Below are positions 11,470-25,201 of a DNA stretch of 64,000 nt, one piece after another. Source of the stretch: Syncephalis fuscata S228 (Eukaryota > Fungi > Zoopagomycota); the NCBI GenBank assembly GCA_025786725.1, contig JAHLTZ010000044.1:1-64000 (forward strand), written 5' to 3'. The number at the start of each line of letters is the position of its first letter. The stretch's first letter is position 1. Made by a program: the position numbers and the translations under genes. The notes beneath the pieces were generated by a model that was not told the DNA's origin, did no database searches, and saw only the letters and a list, made by a program, of their open reading frames with translations.

Positions 11470-14400
11470 GGCTTGCTTGTGGGTGTGAAGATAATAAAAA
11501 TGTGTTTAAATCAAGCAAATAGAGAACGCAGCAGTCGTTAAAAGTCAAAAGACTCAAATGAATTAAAAAATAAAGCGCTAGAGTTGCGTGCGTGCAAATA
11601 AACTAATTAATAATTTGGTTATTATTTAACGGGCACCAAAAGCGGCGCGCACGTAAAATTAAGCAAGAAAGCAAAAAAGAAGGCGTTGGTAAATGACCAC
11701 AAGGAAACCCGGTGGAAAGACGGATAATTGCTGGGCTTTTATATGCAATGCGTTTTAGTAATACACACATGCGATAATAAATATAATCACCGACAGCTAC
11801 GAACACATCTCACACGACAATAGCAATGAGCGAGCAGCAATGCTATTCGGGTAAAAGCGGGGACGCCCAAAACATGGGAGAATCGAAGCGCTTGTTTATT
11901 CGGTGTGACGCGGTTTTACAACTTCAAATTTCAAGTGCCGCAAAGGAACTATTGATTAGAAAAAAGGGTATTAGTATTTCATCAGTAGGCACGGCTATTG
12001 GCTGAATTTTATCTTGTACGCTGATCCGCTTATCAGTAACGGGCAAATGCATTATTGGCGGAATAAAATCTGTGCTGTGCATGGAATATTCCACGGTAGC
12101 GCAATAGCTGCAAACTTAACAATGTACTCAGCTCAATAGTTGAAGGTAAAATTTACATGTGAATTGGCAATATACCCACACCGCACAATTTCATTTATTT
12201 ACAAAAAATGCTATTAAAACGTTTTATCTATTATCAGTTGCAAGATCAATCAGTAAGCGTAAGTCGACTTAGTCGACTGTATGATTATCTTGATATGGCG
12301 TCTGCAGGTGCACGTCAGTGTGTGCGTCTGTAAAAAGCACCATCTGATTTAAGCACCTTGCCAATGCGAATATGCCGAGCACAGGCGGCTTCTATTGGAT
12401 GGTTTTTTGGTTTTAGACATTGCCTCAGTGCCTGTTGTTGCCATTAAATCAAACCAATCTACAAATAGCTACGTCGCCCATGCTGGTGTAGCCATGTTTG
12501 GCGGGCGGATATAATGGCACCCGACACTGCAATTCCTAGCATTTCGTCAGATCACCCATGGCACACAGTCCGCTCTCTGTAATAACACCCAACAAGAGAG
12601 CAGCTATTTGTGAATAGACATGAAAACCCGTCGCACGACTTCTCCGACCAGCATTTTTGTAGTGCCGCACGTGGACGGCGCAGCCTCTACTTTGCGTTTT
12701 TGTACTTTGGAAACTTTCACCTTTAAAACAAACAAACAATAAATAGCACCCTTTATTTTGAGACTTTCTACGGAAAGGTCGAAAACAACCTTAATCTGGG
12801 AGTAGAGATTATCCCTCATCAACAGATTCATCTATGAAGTCATAGGTAAATTTTGAGTTGGCACGCAACGCTTGTTTAACGTGTAACATCATATGGGCTG
12901 TTTACTTGAACATATTTTGTCTTAATTGTATTTTAGCTACACAGTATCATGGACCTGCATTCACGCCCCACTTTTACGACATTGTTTTCTCCCTGAGACA
13001 TTAATAAACTTGTTTATACCTTGCCATCTATACATCTACGTAATTGGCATAGCTATCTTCAAACAATGTTACAATCACCCTGCCATGCAGTAAGATATCA
13101 AACAATGGTGACATAGTTGCCAAGGCTAGTACTGTTTTATTTATTTGAATCTACTTTGTTAAAGTGGTAATAATAGTGAAACAGCTAGTAGTAATGGATA
13201 TTAGTTTTTAGCACCACTGGGCCATTTTCGCTTCCACCTCGGTTGTTTACATTTGGCCTCAAATCTAGCAACTAGTCGCTATGAGATGAACGTGCAACGG
13301 ATCCTTTTGTCAAAGGCCTCGCGAAGCTAGTTGCACAACGGTAGATGGGTGTGTATCTATTAAACGATGACAAATATTGCAGAGGCTATGACGCTATTAT
13401 CTATCAGGGTAATACCAAATCTGCATTCAAATTGCAACTTACAATACATGTCAACAAACGCACTTTTATCGGTGCAACCATCTCAGCTGACCATACATTT
13501 CTATTTATATGTATGCGTCGTCGGTTATTGCTTATTTTAGCATAGGTATGTTACTATATGCATCGATATCGCTACAAACAATACGTATAGTATCTGCAAT
13601 TAATAATATGATATTGTTCTGTTTTATTATAGTAAACTAATAACTACATTAACTTGTTTATCATTTAGTTTTAATAATTAGTAGCTATATGTTGCATTAT
13701 AAGAAATTTGTAGGTTATAGAAACGCAGCTACTTTTTATTAGTATGGCAACATTTTATTTGCATTGCTATTCTGACCGGTCACACAATGAATTAGATCAT
13801 GTTAACAGAAAGCGTAAGTATTTTATTTTACATTTATAAATTAACTAATATATTTAACTTATGGGGAATTTACTAAAATGCCCGCTTTTTGGTAAATTGC
13901 CCTTATCTTGTTTTAATATAATACCAGCTATCAGTCAATGATCTAATCAATACTATGTGTACTAGAATACTATAAACTATACTATTTTTTATCCACCATA
14001 CAAAAAACAGTTTGTACAATATGTATGTAAAGAAATCAAGAAAATAGTTTAACAAACTGCCTAACACCAACTAATAGATCTTTAACTTAAACAGTATGTT
14101 TCGAAATTAACTATAGAATAACTACTAATATAACTCTGATACAATCGCACATTTTTATAGGTTATTGCAATACAACTCCCTGTTTCTAATTATTATTATC
14201 ATTATAACGTTTGCACTGCTACAACCGATATATCCTATTGGCTATTGCATTATCCTACAATTAATCGATAAACTTGAATGATGTACATTAGTATTTTATT
14301 AATATTAACGTACTTGGCTCTTACTTTTTAAATAGTAGTTTATTTCGTTTTATGCAAATAGTAAACAGCTACACCCTTCGTTATTGGTTGCTTTTTCTTT

Positions 14401-15404
14401 AATACTGGCTCAAACTACAACATCAATTAACACATATTTTTCTAGTTATTTTTTATCACCAGTCTAAAACAGTACAATACATTTGAATTAAAACATGGAA
14501 ACAATAGGTACGAAATGACATTCAGATGCAGTGTTTGGCCAACCATGCGATGTAGAATGCCGCATGTGTATGCTATCCCAAATAGGCAATACAAATGCAG
14601 ATCTTTTCTTTTTGACAGATTGTTATGTAGCAACTAATTTGACGCGCTACATATAATCTATTGCCAAGATGTGGCCAAGATTACACAAAACAATCATAAT
14701 TCTTTAATTCTACCAATACTTATTATACACTTATTATTTATCAATTACAGCTATAAAATGTATGGAGTAATTTATTGATAAGTATAGCTACTGCATATTT
14801 AGCGTATATTTTTATTAAATTAATACATAACATAGCATTTAAAAGAATTAATAGTGTACAACATTTGTTCAGCATTAAATAGTCTATTTATTTTTTATTA
14901 AAATAAACACTTTGATCATATATATATATTAGTTATTATACACATGCTTGTTGACTGACTTGTAGCCAGACATATTGATCACAGCATAGCAGTATCCATT
15001 CCTGAAACTTGGAATGATGATAGTTGGTTATTTTATTCTTGGCAATCCATCAAAACAATGTCTTTAATTGAAAATAGCACACATACTCACTTAGCAAGCA
15101 ACGGTAACTAATCATATGCCAAGAAATTTAATAAAACCATCATAAGATGCTTTTTTACATGTTGTAAATGCTCGGGACCCAGTATATCATATGTAATTGT
15201 GTTCAGACGACCTTGGAAATCACCGGATTTATCAGCTGTCAACTCCGTGACCAATCACAATAAGCACATCTCCTCGGAGTGATATTCAGCAACAATCTCA
15301 ATAAAAGACGCTTCTTTTCATTCTGCAATTCATTTTATTATTCATCTCATTCATCATACTAGCACGTGCTTGCTCAAGCTTCATACACATATAATAGCGA
15401 TACC

Positions 15405-16579
15405 ATGCCTCCTACCACAGTGGCCGATCATCACGTCCTTGTCAAGGCATCAGACAGCGCTCAATCACCGGCCGAACTAGCTAGCAGACTTACCGACAAG
15501 GATTTACAGTGGACAGCACTCTCCAGCGCCTGTTCCGAAACACAAACCGTATATCTGGTAACGGAAGACGGAGGCTTATTCTTTGTTCAGTTGGCCTATG
15601 CCAATGCAGGGTAGGTAGAAGTGATGTCGCGCTGTTTGGCCAAGTAGCAGGCTCATCACTAACGATTTATTCAACAACTTTACAGTTTTGGCACGACCAT
15701 TCAAGTCTCTTACCGCTATGTCCAGGTGCAGATCAAATCAATCAATTTGGAACACACGGCTGCTCAAATAGCGATTACAAGCTATCAGAGGATCGTTTGT
15801 CGGTGGATTGTCGTCCGATCAGCATTCATTTGAATGATGCACGCGACACATATCAGATTCGACTAAATCAAGATAAAGATCAGGTCGAATTGACGATTAC
15901 AATTGAGGATCGTGGCTATACACTAGGCAATGGTCGTACTTACTTTGGTAAAGGTGTCGATGCGCCATATCTTTCGCATCGCTGGTGGCCACGATGCACA
16001 ACAAAAGGTGTGGCCGTTCTAGATGGTCAAGCACGTACACTTGATGGCCGTGGTTCGTTTATCCATGCATTCTCCGGTATGAAACCGCATACAATGGCCA
16101 GTGCAACAAACTTGGCTATCTTTCAATCGAACCGAGTAACGCTTTCTCTTATGGAATTCACGCCACCACGTCAGTTTAACGAAGATAACTTTTTGCAAGG
16201 ATCAATTGTATTGGATGGTGCGCTGTTAGCCGTTACCGTTAAAAACACCGTCGAACTACTGCAGGAGGAGCAAGACAGCGAGTCGGGCTATCCGGTGCCG
16301 CAGCGTGTACGCATTCAATGGCGTGGCCATACAATAGAAGAAACAAGTCGTGAGGTCGATGTAACAGTTGAGACGCCATTGGCTGTGCTTATCGGGCGTA
16401 TTGATGTACTTGGTCAGCTGCCATGGCTAGTACGTCGACTAGTGCAGGCATTGGTCGCCAAACCATTTGTCTATCAATGGCTAGAGGAAACAAAAGTGGA
16501 GGTACGCATCGACGACCAATTAATCGAGGAAAATGGACATTTGCTATTCGAGCGAGCATTTATTAATAACAATATTTAA
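15405..16579 (+). CDS. SVF1: Svf1-like (survival factor 1) protein; one intron and an apparent 1-nt frameshift near 15720
   Basis: N-terminal DLQW..SETQTVYL, then HRWWPRC, FIHAFSGMKPH, GYPVPQ, RIDVLGQLPWLVRRLVQALVAKPFVYQW, all typical of Svf1. Intron 15611-15685 (GTAGGT..CTAAC..CAG). Confidence 0.85.
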
Positions 16580-16651
16580 TTATCATTTCTTATTAAATAA
16601 ATTGGATTTAATTGAAGTAAATCACACAATACATAAAATTGCTTATATGGT

Positions 16652-18881
16652 TTATAGATTGGTGGGTGTACGAAGTGACCATCGAATTACTCGTGGTTGG
16701 TGAGGGTCTTTGTGTGCGTTGACAAAACGACGCCGTACTAGCAGATCTATGAGTAGTGTGATACGCTCCATACCAAAATCCGGCAATAGCTGTTCCAGCG
16801 TTGCCATATCCTAAACGTATTAATGTGTTAGTGTAATATTTGATATTTCTTCATTTAATTACCAATACTTCGCCAGATTTATTTTGGAATACATTATACA
16901 ATTCCTGTAATTGCATTGATCCCGGTGGTTTCTAATAACAATACTATTAGCGATTAATAATGTTAATAAAACAAAATACTTACTTGAAAAGCACCCGGGA
17001 ATAGTGAAAGATCAAATGTTGGTAATGAATCTGTTTCTTTTGATAGAGTTTCTTTCGAATCGATATCTATATCAACGTCCATCATTGTTGTTTTTACGTT
17101 TGCAATAGCACTCGATGGTATATTGCTTATTTGACTTTGATCGTTAGTGGCCGACATGCCAAATGGCGTTTCATTGTGTTGTGTGAACTTTGGCGGCTGT
17201 GGACGGCCAAATGGCATCGGTGTAGACGAAAGCTCTGGAGACCAGCGATTGGATTTACGCATGGGACGTGGGGAATTCTCAGCAGACCGGTACTCGCTAT
17301 CCACTTTAATATCCATATTAGGATTATTAGCATCCAAGTCTACAAACAATGGATTAGATGGTGATGATACATTAATCATTCTATCCATTTTAGTTAATTG
17401 TTTGCGAGCAGATTCAATCACTGGGGTATTAGGCATGGCCAGCAGTGTATCAATATCGTCCAAATCCGTGACAAACTGTTCTAAACTTTGCCCAGGAATT
17501 GTAGAAAGTCCTACACTACTACTCTGTACATCGTGCAGCTCTTTATGTTTATTAGTTGTCGACTGATAACCTTGATGTCGTTTTACATAGCTAGGCATTT
17601 CATTTATAGAGTCAAATGCCATATCGCGTCCATTACCTCCTAATGGCCCTGCTGCAGCTGTTGTCGATGGCCCAAACAGACTGCTATCCATATTGGCCAT
17701 AGCTTTACCTCGTTCGTTTTTACCCTTCATAGTAGTCTCTTGGATTCGTGTAAGAAATTCTGTATTTGAGGGACTGTTAGATACAGGCGACATTTCTTCT
17801 AAAATAGCATCAACAGCAGTACGACCAGGTGTTTTGGCAATAGGCATTGTAAATTGTAGTGTTACAGGCGGTGAATTCATTGCCAAATAATGATCATTTG
17901 ACTGATCGACGTCATTTAAGCTGTCATGCTTATTGCTGTTGTTGTTGAATTTACCAGGATGGCGGCGACCAACACCATCATCGTCGTCATCCGATGTGCT
18001 TGCGTCAGAAAAAGGTGTAGCAACATCAAATAAAGCATGAGGATCATTACGTGGAGTAGATGTTTGTCGCTTATTTTTGTTTGTAAATTTGGCTTTTGTC
18101 GCTGCTGTAAGTACCTGTTGCAGTAGTCGAGGTGTACTGGTTATTTTAGGTGGTCGAGCCTTCATGGGTGTGCCACGCAATATAGAGTTATTCATGTGTA
18201 AAGAGCGAAAGTGTAGCGAAGGTGGATCAATGGAAATGATTCCTGAAGTGTTGCTTATCTGTGATGGATCATAATTGGCAGAGTCTGCATGAATTGCACT
18301 ATGGATTGCAGGAGAGGCTGCGCTATTACTGGCACTATCCCCAATTATTGATCGTGGCAAGTTAGGCTTGACAGGCGTATGAACGAGTGATGGCTCAATA
18401 GCCGATAGTAGTGATCGACCATGGCCACCACCAACTTGTGCTGATACAGGTACATTAGATGCCATCTTTGACAAATCCGAGCGATAAGATGGTGCATGGC
18501 TGTATTCTAGACGCGTCGACAATTCCACACGGGCAGAGCGGTCGGGCGTATTGCTGGTTTCGGTAGGAGAAGGTGGTAAAGGAATCGACGCCTTTTGACT
18601 AGATTCAAGCGATTGAAAAAAACTAAGCCAGGCCTATACAAGAAATGTTTGTATGCTAGTTTAGTTAAATATAAATAGCAGGTGTCAATATACGCTACCT
18701 GTGAACTTATCCAGATCTGTCTCGATAAATCGCTAAACTTGTCGATACGCGGCAATAGCTTGGTGGCCACGGTGTTATGGCAAGCGGCAAAGTTATGATC
18801 AATTTGTTGCAGAGTCAACGTAATATTCTGCTCAACTAATTCCAGATGAGCAGCCAGATCGGCTGTACGTGGCTGTGACAT
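16652..18881 (-). CDS. ASK1: DASH/Dam1 kinetochore complex subunit Ask1
   Basis: N-terminal LELVEQNITLTLQQIDHNFAACHNTV..LLP..IWISSQ|AWLSFF is the DASH_Ask1 signature, followed by a long S/T-P-rich tail and two short 3' exons ending at TAA 16652. Confidence 0.85.
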
Positions 18882-18983
18882 GGCAAATTGTAGACGTAGT
18901 AACAATAAAAGAATAAAGTATAAACAAATAAACGAGATGAAATACGCGTGATGTCTTTATTATTTTTACAATTAAAGTGGCTA

Positions 18984-19320
18984 AAATTATACAGTAAACA
19001 TCAATGATGATATAAAATTACGAATGTTATTTATTAAGTGTTATTATTACCCAACCTAACGTGAAAATGAATTATATATATCGTAAACAAACAACATGAT
19101 TCTCAATACATAATACAATGATTTGAATACTACTTATTAATACCACATTTTCCCTCTTACTCGCACATCTTTCTGTGGAAAAAACTATCCAATCTCTAAG
19201 AAAGACTATGTATTCTTTTCATTTTGAACGGAATAGTCGATATTTTTTAAAAGTGCGGAAATGTGATTATCTGCATTACGGTGAAGTTGATGATTCACTG
19301 GTTTCTTGTCTAAATTCAAT
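18984..19320 (-). repeat. Fanzor 3' end / putative omegaRNA and transposon end, copy 1
   Basis: Near-exact reverse complement of 23125-23465. It lies immediately downstream of, and overlaps the last codons of, the Fanzor remnant. Confidence 0.75.
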
Positions 19321-19870
19321 TAAACCTTTATCATTATTTTATGCTTTGTATGTAAAAACAACGTATATATGTTTAGTTGCCATCATAGTTCCATATTATA
19401 CCATGAAATTCACACTTGAGTAAGGCATGTATCTTACTTTGATCTAATAATTGTCATCTTTTTTAATGTTCTTTCTTAAATCCGTTACAAACTTGATTTG
19501 TTAAATATTCATCAACGTAAATAAATTCAATAGAACCATTAGAATTATCGGCCAATTGCTTGATCGTTTTGGTGATTTGTCATGTAGGAACAGATAATTT
19601 TCCTTTCATAGACGCGCCAAAGTTACCATTACCAAAGGCAATGGTTGTTTTTCTGTGAAATGTGACAAGATCTTTAGATAGTAAAAGAATTTATTTAGCT
19701 TTTATGGAAAATGGTTTTTTTGAAACCAACTTCGCTTTTCTTGTTGTACTTTTGGCTCTTGTTGAATGATCTTTTAGCAATTTCAGCGGTACCTTTTTGT
19801 TTTTTGCTATAAATCATGAGATTTGGTTTTGCTAATCCAGCTAAATATACATTTACATTAGAATGTAAAC
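19276..19870 (-). pseudogene. Degenerate Fanzor (eukaryotic TnpB-like RNA-guided nuclease), C-terminal RuvC/zinc-finger half
   Basis: Manual translation gives YSKKQKGTAEIAKRSFNKSQKYN ... IAFGNGNFGASMKGKLSVPT*..IYVDEYLTNQVCN...KIHALLKCE..IIWNYD..MATKHIY. This matches the fungal Fanzor pattern (KQ..GxKKYN; AFGxGxF; VDEYxTSxxC; HxxLxC; WNRDxxAxxNI). Several in-frame stops and frameshifts. Confidence 0.8.
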
Positions 19871-20959
19871 CATTCAACTATTATGCAGTATATAATGCAC
19901 TTGCCAATTATCTTTACAGTAATAATTGTACAACATTGTTAAAGCAAGCATAATCTTTATTTATTGTTCATTGTTTTACAGTTGCTATTATATAATTGAC
20001 ATAGATGAAAAGCAATCGATGAAAAGTACAGAATTGTATTAGTACTATTCACACATTTATATTCAATTTGTTTCTCGCGACAATGCCAGTTTATAACGTG
20101 GACAATAATGCGTAATTTAGTAAAATTTGACACTGATGCTACATCTATAGTTACTCATAAATCCGTAATCTATTAGTAGTGATAATTAATCAATGCGCTT
20201 TCAATAAAAACCATTTAACGACCAAAAGAGCCAACCACAATATGAAATACTATCATCGGACCAAATCACCATCCCATTTTTTTCAAACACTGAGATTAAA
20301 GCCAAAATGTATACAAAACGTGTTTAATTAATACATGTAAAGCAGAAAGTATACCAAGACATATCCACAATGGTACATTTGATACTTTATTATCATTATT
20401 TGCATTGGATAAGTTTTTATTAGATACTTCGCCACTATCATTATTTGATGCCAAGATTATGATCAGCTGCTGCCGGTTAATAATTCTGATTAAGGGCGTA
20501 TAGTGTGGACTTGGAATATAAGTAGTAGTATATTACACCATTATATAGCAAAAAACTAATCATTGTTCAAAGCGACAAATCATTTGATGTTTAAATGTTT
20601 GAATGAAAATTTGCTGCGCTCAATTGCTTGCTCACATTATCTTACGTTGACATTATTTATTGAATTATTATGCGTGGCACTTGATGAAAAATGAGAAGCA
20701 AGCTGGTTTACTGACGTAAATATTAACTGTATTTACAAACCACCAGCTCGTTTTACTATCAAATGCACTAAAGGCGGCAATAAAGATAGATATCTGGATT
20801 TCATTGAAATACCATCATTAATCAAATATGAAGATGAGGCTAGCAAACCATCTTGATATCATATATCAAATGTTGTTATTGACCGAATTGAAGTAGAAAT
20901 AAATAAATAATATATACAAAATGTTTATTTTCAAACATTCAATAGGCAATATTTGTATA

Positions 20960-22775
20960 TTAAACTGTACTAAGTTGCGCATCGCTGCCTATCGCTTTTA
21001 CTTCACACCCAACAGTTGTCGTGCCATCAAAAGCAATACGATCCATTGATTGCTTTTCCTTAGGCCAACGTACGCCCCAGACCGACAAAAGAACAAAGGC
21101 ACGGATTAAATATGCTATGTCGTATATATGATCGACGATGAGCATTTGCGTAGCTGTTGGGTAACTAAATAACAAAGCCAGAAGAATGCACAATAGGATT
21201 ATAGTATTTGTAAAAGTTGACACTGCCGTAAATACTGCCAACTGGAATAATGATAAGTATCAGTATGAAAACAGACATGTACATACCTTAATAAACCGCT
21301 TACGACCTTTGATATGTTTTTGCAGTCTGTATGCGCTTAATGAAAACCATATCGCTATTAAGTGTTAGTTCAATAATTGCTTTTTGTAAAGTGAATTTCC
21401 TTACTGAATCCATAAAACACGAGAATAGTGACCACTGGCATGAAGGACTCTATCCATATGAATATTTCATGGAAACCAAACAATGAAATATTCAATTTAT
21501 ATGGATTTGAATAAGGAATTGATATTATATAAAGATATAAAGCAGTGCCCATAGCAGCATCAAATAGTATAAGCATTCGAAAGGCTATAACTGCTTTACG
21601 CGGAAACAATTGTTTTCCAACACTTGACCTAGGTAAATAAAGCGTAAGAATATTTAGTAAACAATAACAGTTGATGTCTACATACCAATGCCAAAGTATT
21701 ATATTCACAGGGATTCTTGCCAAAAAAGAATAAGTGGCGCTGTAATGTTTGAACAATTCAATTCGAATAGCAAAATGAATTAATAATGCTGCGTTGGACA
21801 ATAAGGTTAGTAAAAGTATTTTGGTGAGCCGTAATTACTTACAAATGCAATAGACTACCGTGATAACAAACGATACCAAGAGAAGATCACGTCGTAGCAT
21901 TTTCAACTTGGCCAACATTCCAGTACGAGCACATATATACAGGAGAACAGCTAAAAGCTATTGAACTACAATTAATAAACTTTCTTGAAATACTTGGTCT
22001 TCTTACCACTGAAAAGCATACCCATTTATAAACAAGAAACCCGGATGATAAAAATACAGAATTCCAGCTGCTAGGTGCTAGTAGCGGCAAAAATATTATA
22101 CATACAGCATTCAGTATTTAACAAAACTTACAATGACTAGCAAAGTAGTAGAAATTGCCGCTTGAATAATTCCATGTATCGTCGAGTAAAGTATTATTTA
22201 TATTTACCACAGTTGTTCTCATCGACGACAATTCGAGTAAACCATCATACAAATCTAATCGATTAAGAAGAATATATCCAAATCCCCACAAAGGTAGACT
22301 TGTATAATCATTTACCAAAATCAATAGCCGGATTTCTGGAAATCCAGCATCAATCATTTGTTGCGACAAATCTGCTATTGCGTTATTTACCTAAACATTG
22401 TTTTAGCTAACGGTTTGTTATTAAATATATATTTACTTGGTTTTTAGCTTTGCAGCCTGCCTGGTGGAAATCTTTCATTTTCATCATAATGGCAAAGTCC
22501 GGATGTACTGATGCTATTGTCGCCATACTACGTATGTAGTTGTCGGTGATATTGACCGATTGTACGGTACAACTATTCTCTACTGAGCTAGATTGAAAGC
22601 CCCAAGTAATTCCCACTCCATTGTAATGATAGTCAGACTGCGTACTAAGAAAATAATCGGCAGTAGTGTATACTTCTTTTTTATCTTTTGTATTGGTTAT
22701 AGAAATTGTTGCAAATGCGGTATTTTCTTGTACTAAAAACCAAACAAATAATGCTGAAAGGAACTGAATATACAT
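20960..22775 (-). CDS. Orphan multi-exon membrane protein: signal peptide, extracellular N-terminal domain, several TM helices
   Basis: Signal peptide MYIQFLSALFVWFLVQENTAFA; consecutive ORF pieces join through GT-AG introns; hydrophobic C-terminal half. No family confidently recognised. Confidence 0.65.
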
Positions 22776-23124
22776 TGCGTAATGATACTACAAAAAACAT
22801 ACTAAGACTTGCAAAACATTGGACATACGGACAACTACGCTGATTTATTAACGCATGTGCTATCCGTAAATAAGGCCTTTTGCATAAACATCAGGTGCGA
22901 TGGACTGTTACCTGGTCCATAAAAAGAAGCTCATTCGTATGGTAACCTGAAACAGGTTCTTTGTAGCTGGAAAGAAATCCATCAACGTGTCACAATGACG
23001 GCTAATCCAAACTATGCACTATTGTTCACGTTAGGAATTGAAATTGACTGCAAAAAATAAATTGAACACCAATGGATGAATTGTCCTGATGCGACTTTGA
23101 ACCTTTTATCCATAGCTTAAATTG

Positions 23125-23465
23125 ATTGAATTTAGACAAGAAACCAGTGAATCATCAACTTCACCGTAATGCAGATAATCACATTTCCGCACTTTTAAAA
23201 AATATCGACTATTCCGTTCAAAATGAAAAGAATACATAGTCTTTCTTAGAGATTGGATAGTTTTTTCCACAGAAAGATGTGCGAGTAAGAGGGAAAATGT
23301 GGTATTAATAAGTAGTATTCAAATCATTGTATTATGTATTGAGAATCATGTTGTTTGTTTACGATATACATCTATTATTCATTTTCACGTTAGGTTGGGT
23401 AATAATAACACTTAATAAATAACATTCGTAATTTTATATCATCATTGATGTTTACTGTATAATTT
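23125..23465 (+). repeat. Fanzor 3' end / putative omegaRNA and transposon end, copy 2 (no nuclease ORF attached)
   Basis: Inverted copy of 18984-19320. Begins with the last Fanzor codons (IEFRQETSESSTSP*) and ends ...TTTACTG-TA-TAATTT. Confidence 0.75.
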
Positions 23466-23901
23466 GTTGAAATCACACAAATAGTCATGCGACAATTTTA
23501 ACTATAGAACCATATGAAGTTTTCACGTGGTCTCTACTGCATAAGTCGTAGGCACGGGATGGCCTGATTGTATTTTATTTTAGATATTGACATATAGTTA
23601 AGCTATTCATTTGCACGCAATTCTATACCTAATTAACTTTATATTAATAAACAAACCACCATTATTACATACAATATTCTTTTAATTAATATAATTTCAG
23701 TGGTGTATTGGTCCGTTTATATCGTAATACATACGCTGTATTAGGAGTACGAAACAGGACAATCATGACTAGAAACAGGATATATTTGGAAAACCAACAA
23801 GGATCTGGTAAACCGGATAAAAGACCATAGTCTTTTGCATTGCACTACGCTCTTGTAAACTTCTATTTCATTCATTTTATTCCATACATGTATGCTCTAA
23901 A

Positions 23902-24933
23902 ATGCCTACCACTAGTACTTATACCGGTGTTCCTATAGAGAAGCTGCTCCATAATGCAACTTATTTATGGGGTATATTTCTACATCCATCAGGTGAAACG
24001 AGTATACTAGACTTTATACTAGAGCCAGCAGATAATGTAGTTGCAGTTCAAAAAAGATCGTTTGGATTTCTGCTTCAGGTGGCTTGTTTTATACTAGCAG
24101 GATGTGTATTTATTCATAATTTTAATATTTCGAGAAAACTTGTCGCATTGCAATCTAGCTCACTCTCCGGGTGGTGCTGTCTAATATCATCTATTATTGG
24201 TATTATTATATCTGCTTTATTTGGATTGGCCATCTATGAGCCAAAACTAAACTGTCGAGTTTTAATTTGGACTTTTGGAATAACTAGAAGCATAGCAAAC
24301 GTGTGCCACTCCATTATCATGCATCATCGAGCATATTTAGCACTTTGTCAACAGCGATGGGTGTTAATTGGCGGTATTATTTTAAATTTCTTTCATATTG
24401 GTAACATGCTCGTTAGTATTATCTATTCGTTCGTTACAATTGACGCATCGTTTGGCTGCATTATTTACTACAACCAAATTCTACCCTATCTTACTGCTTT
24501 AAGCAATGCGCCTTTCAATGGTTTTTGCTTTGGCATTTTCACCTATATAACCTATATTCAATACAAAAAACATGGGCTCAACAGCTGGAGATACTTGGCC
24601 AGGAATGGCATTCAAACTATGTTATTAATTCTAATTTGTAACTTTTCCTGCGATATCATTATTCTTCTTGAGCTAATTGGAATTTATTCTGAAATATTCT
24701 TTGTCATTGACTGGTAAGAAGCCCGCTAGTTATAAAACATGACTAACAATTATTATAGGATAATCGTGCTGACCATACTGTCGTACCATTGCCTTGACAT
24801 GATCAACATGAATAAAGTCACGGGTACAATAAATCAAGTGCTGAAAGAAAATGCACCACCAACCATAACCTCTTTACAAAGACCAACACTATCGGTTTCT
24901 CGTTTAACGTACGATTTTTATTCACGAGTATAA
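23902..24933 (+). CDS. Orphan multi-pass (7TM/GPCR-like) membrane protein
   Basis: 271-aa hydrophobic first exon (WGIFLHPSGE, WCCL, NCR, GCIIYY, WRYLARNGIQT, VIDW), a GTAAGA..TAG intron and a short last exon; paralogue of 5194-6168. Confidence 0.75.
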
Positions 24934-25201
24934 CTTTGCTTTTTTCTAATTTATTACATCAATAAATTCAGAACACAATACCAACAGTGTGTATTCAATT
25001 ATCAAATAGTGTCTTGCAATATTAACTGCGACTATGTTTGATCAACCATGATTCATCATCATTCATAGAGTCACACAAAAATAATTTTTATTAGTAGCAA
25101 TTCATATTTCTTTCCAGCGTCATTTCTCTATTCTTAAGCATAATTGTATTCGCTCGCTTTGCTGTATTCATACGACTAGATAACAATCACACGCCAATAC
25201 A

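Noticed and set aside
9801-11541. Antisense and alternative-frame ORFs overlapping PHO84 (likewise over ASK1, VNX1 and 14-3-3)
   Set aside because: Shadow ORFs caused by the codon bias of the real genes; no recognisable motifs.
12668-12673. CACGTG (Pho4-type E-box) upstream of PHO84
   Set aside because: A single hexamer 1.2 kb upstream is not distinguishable from chance.
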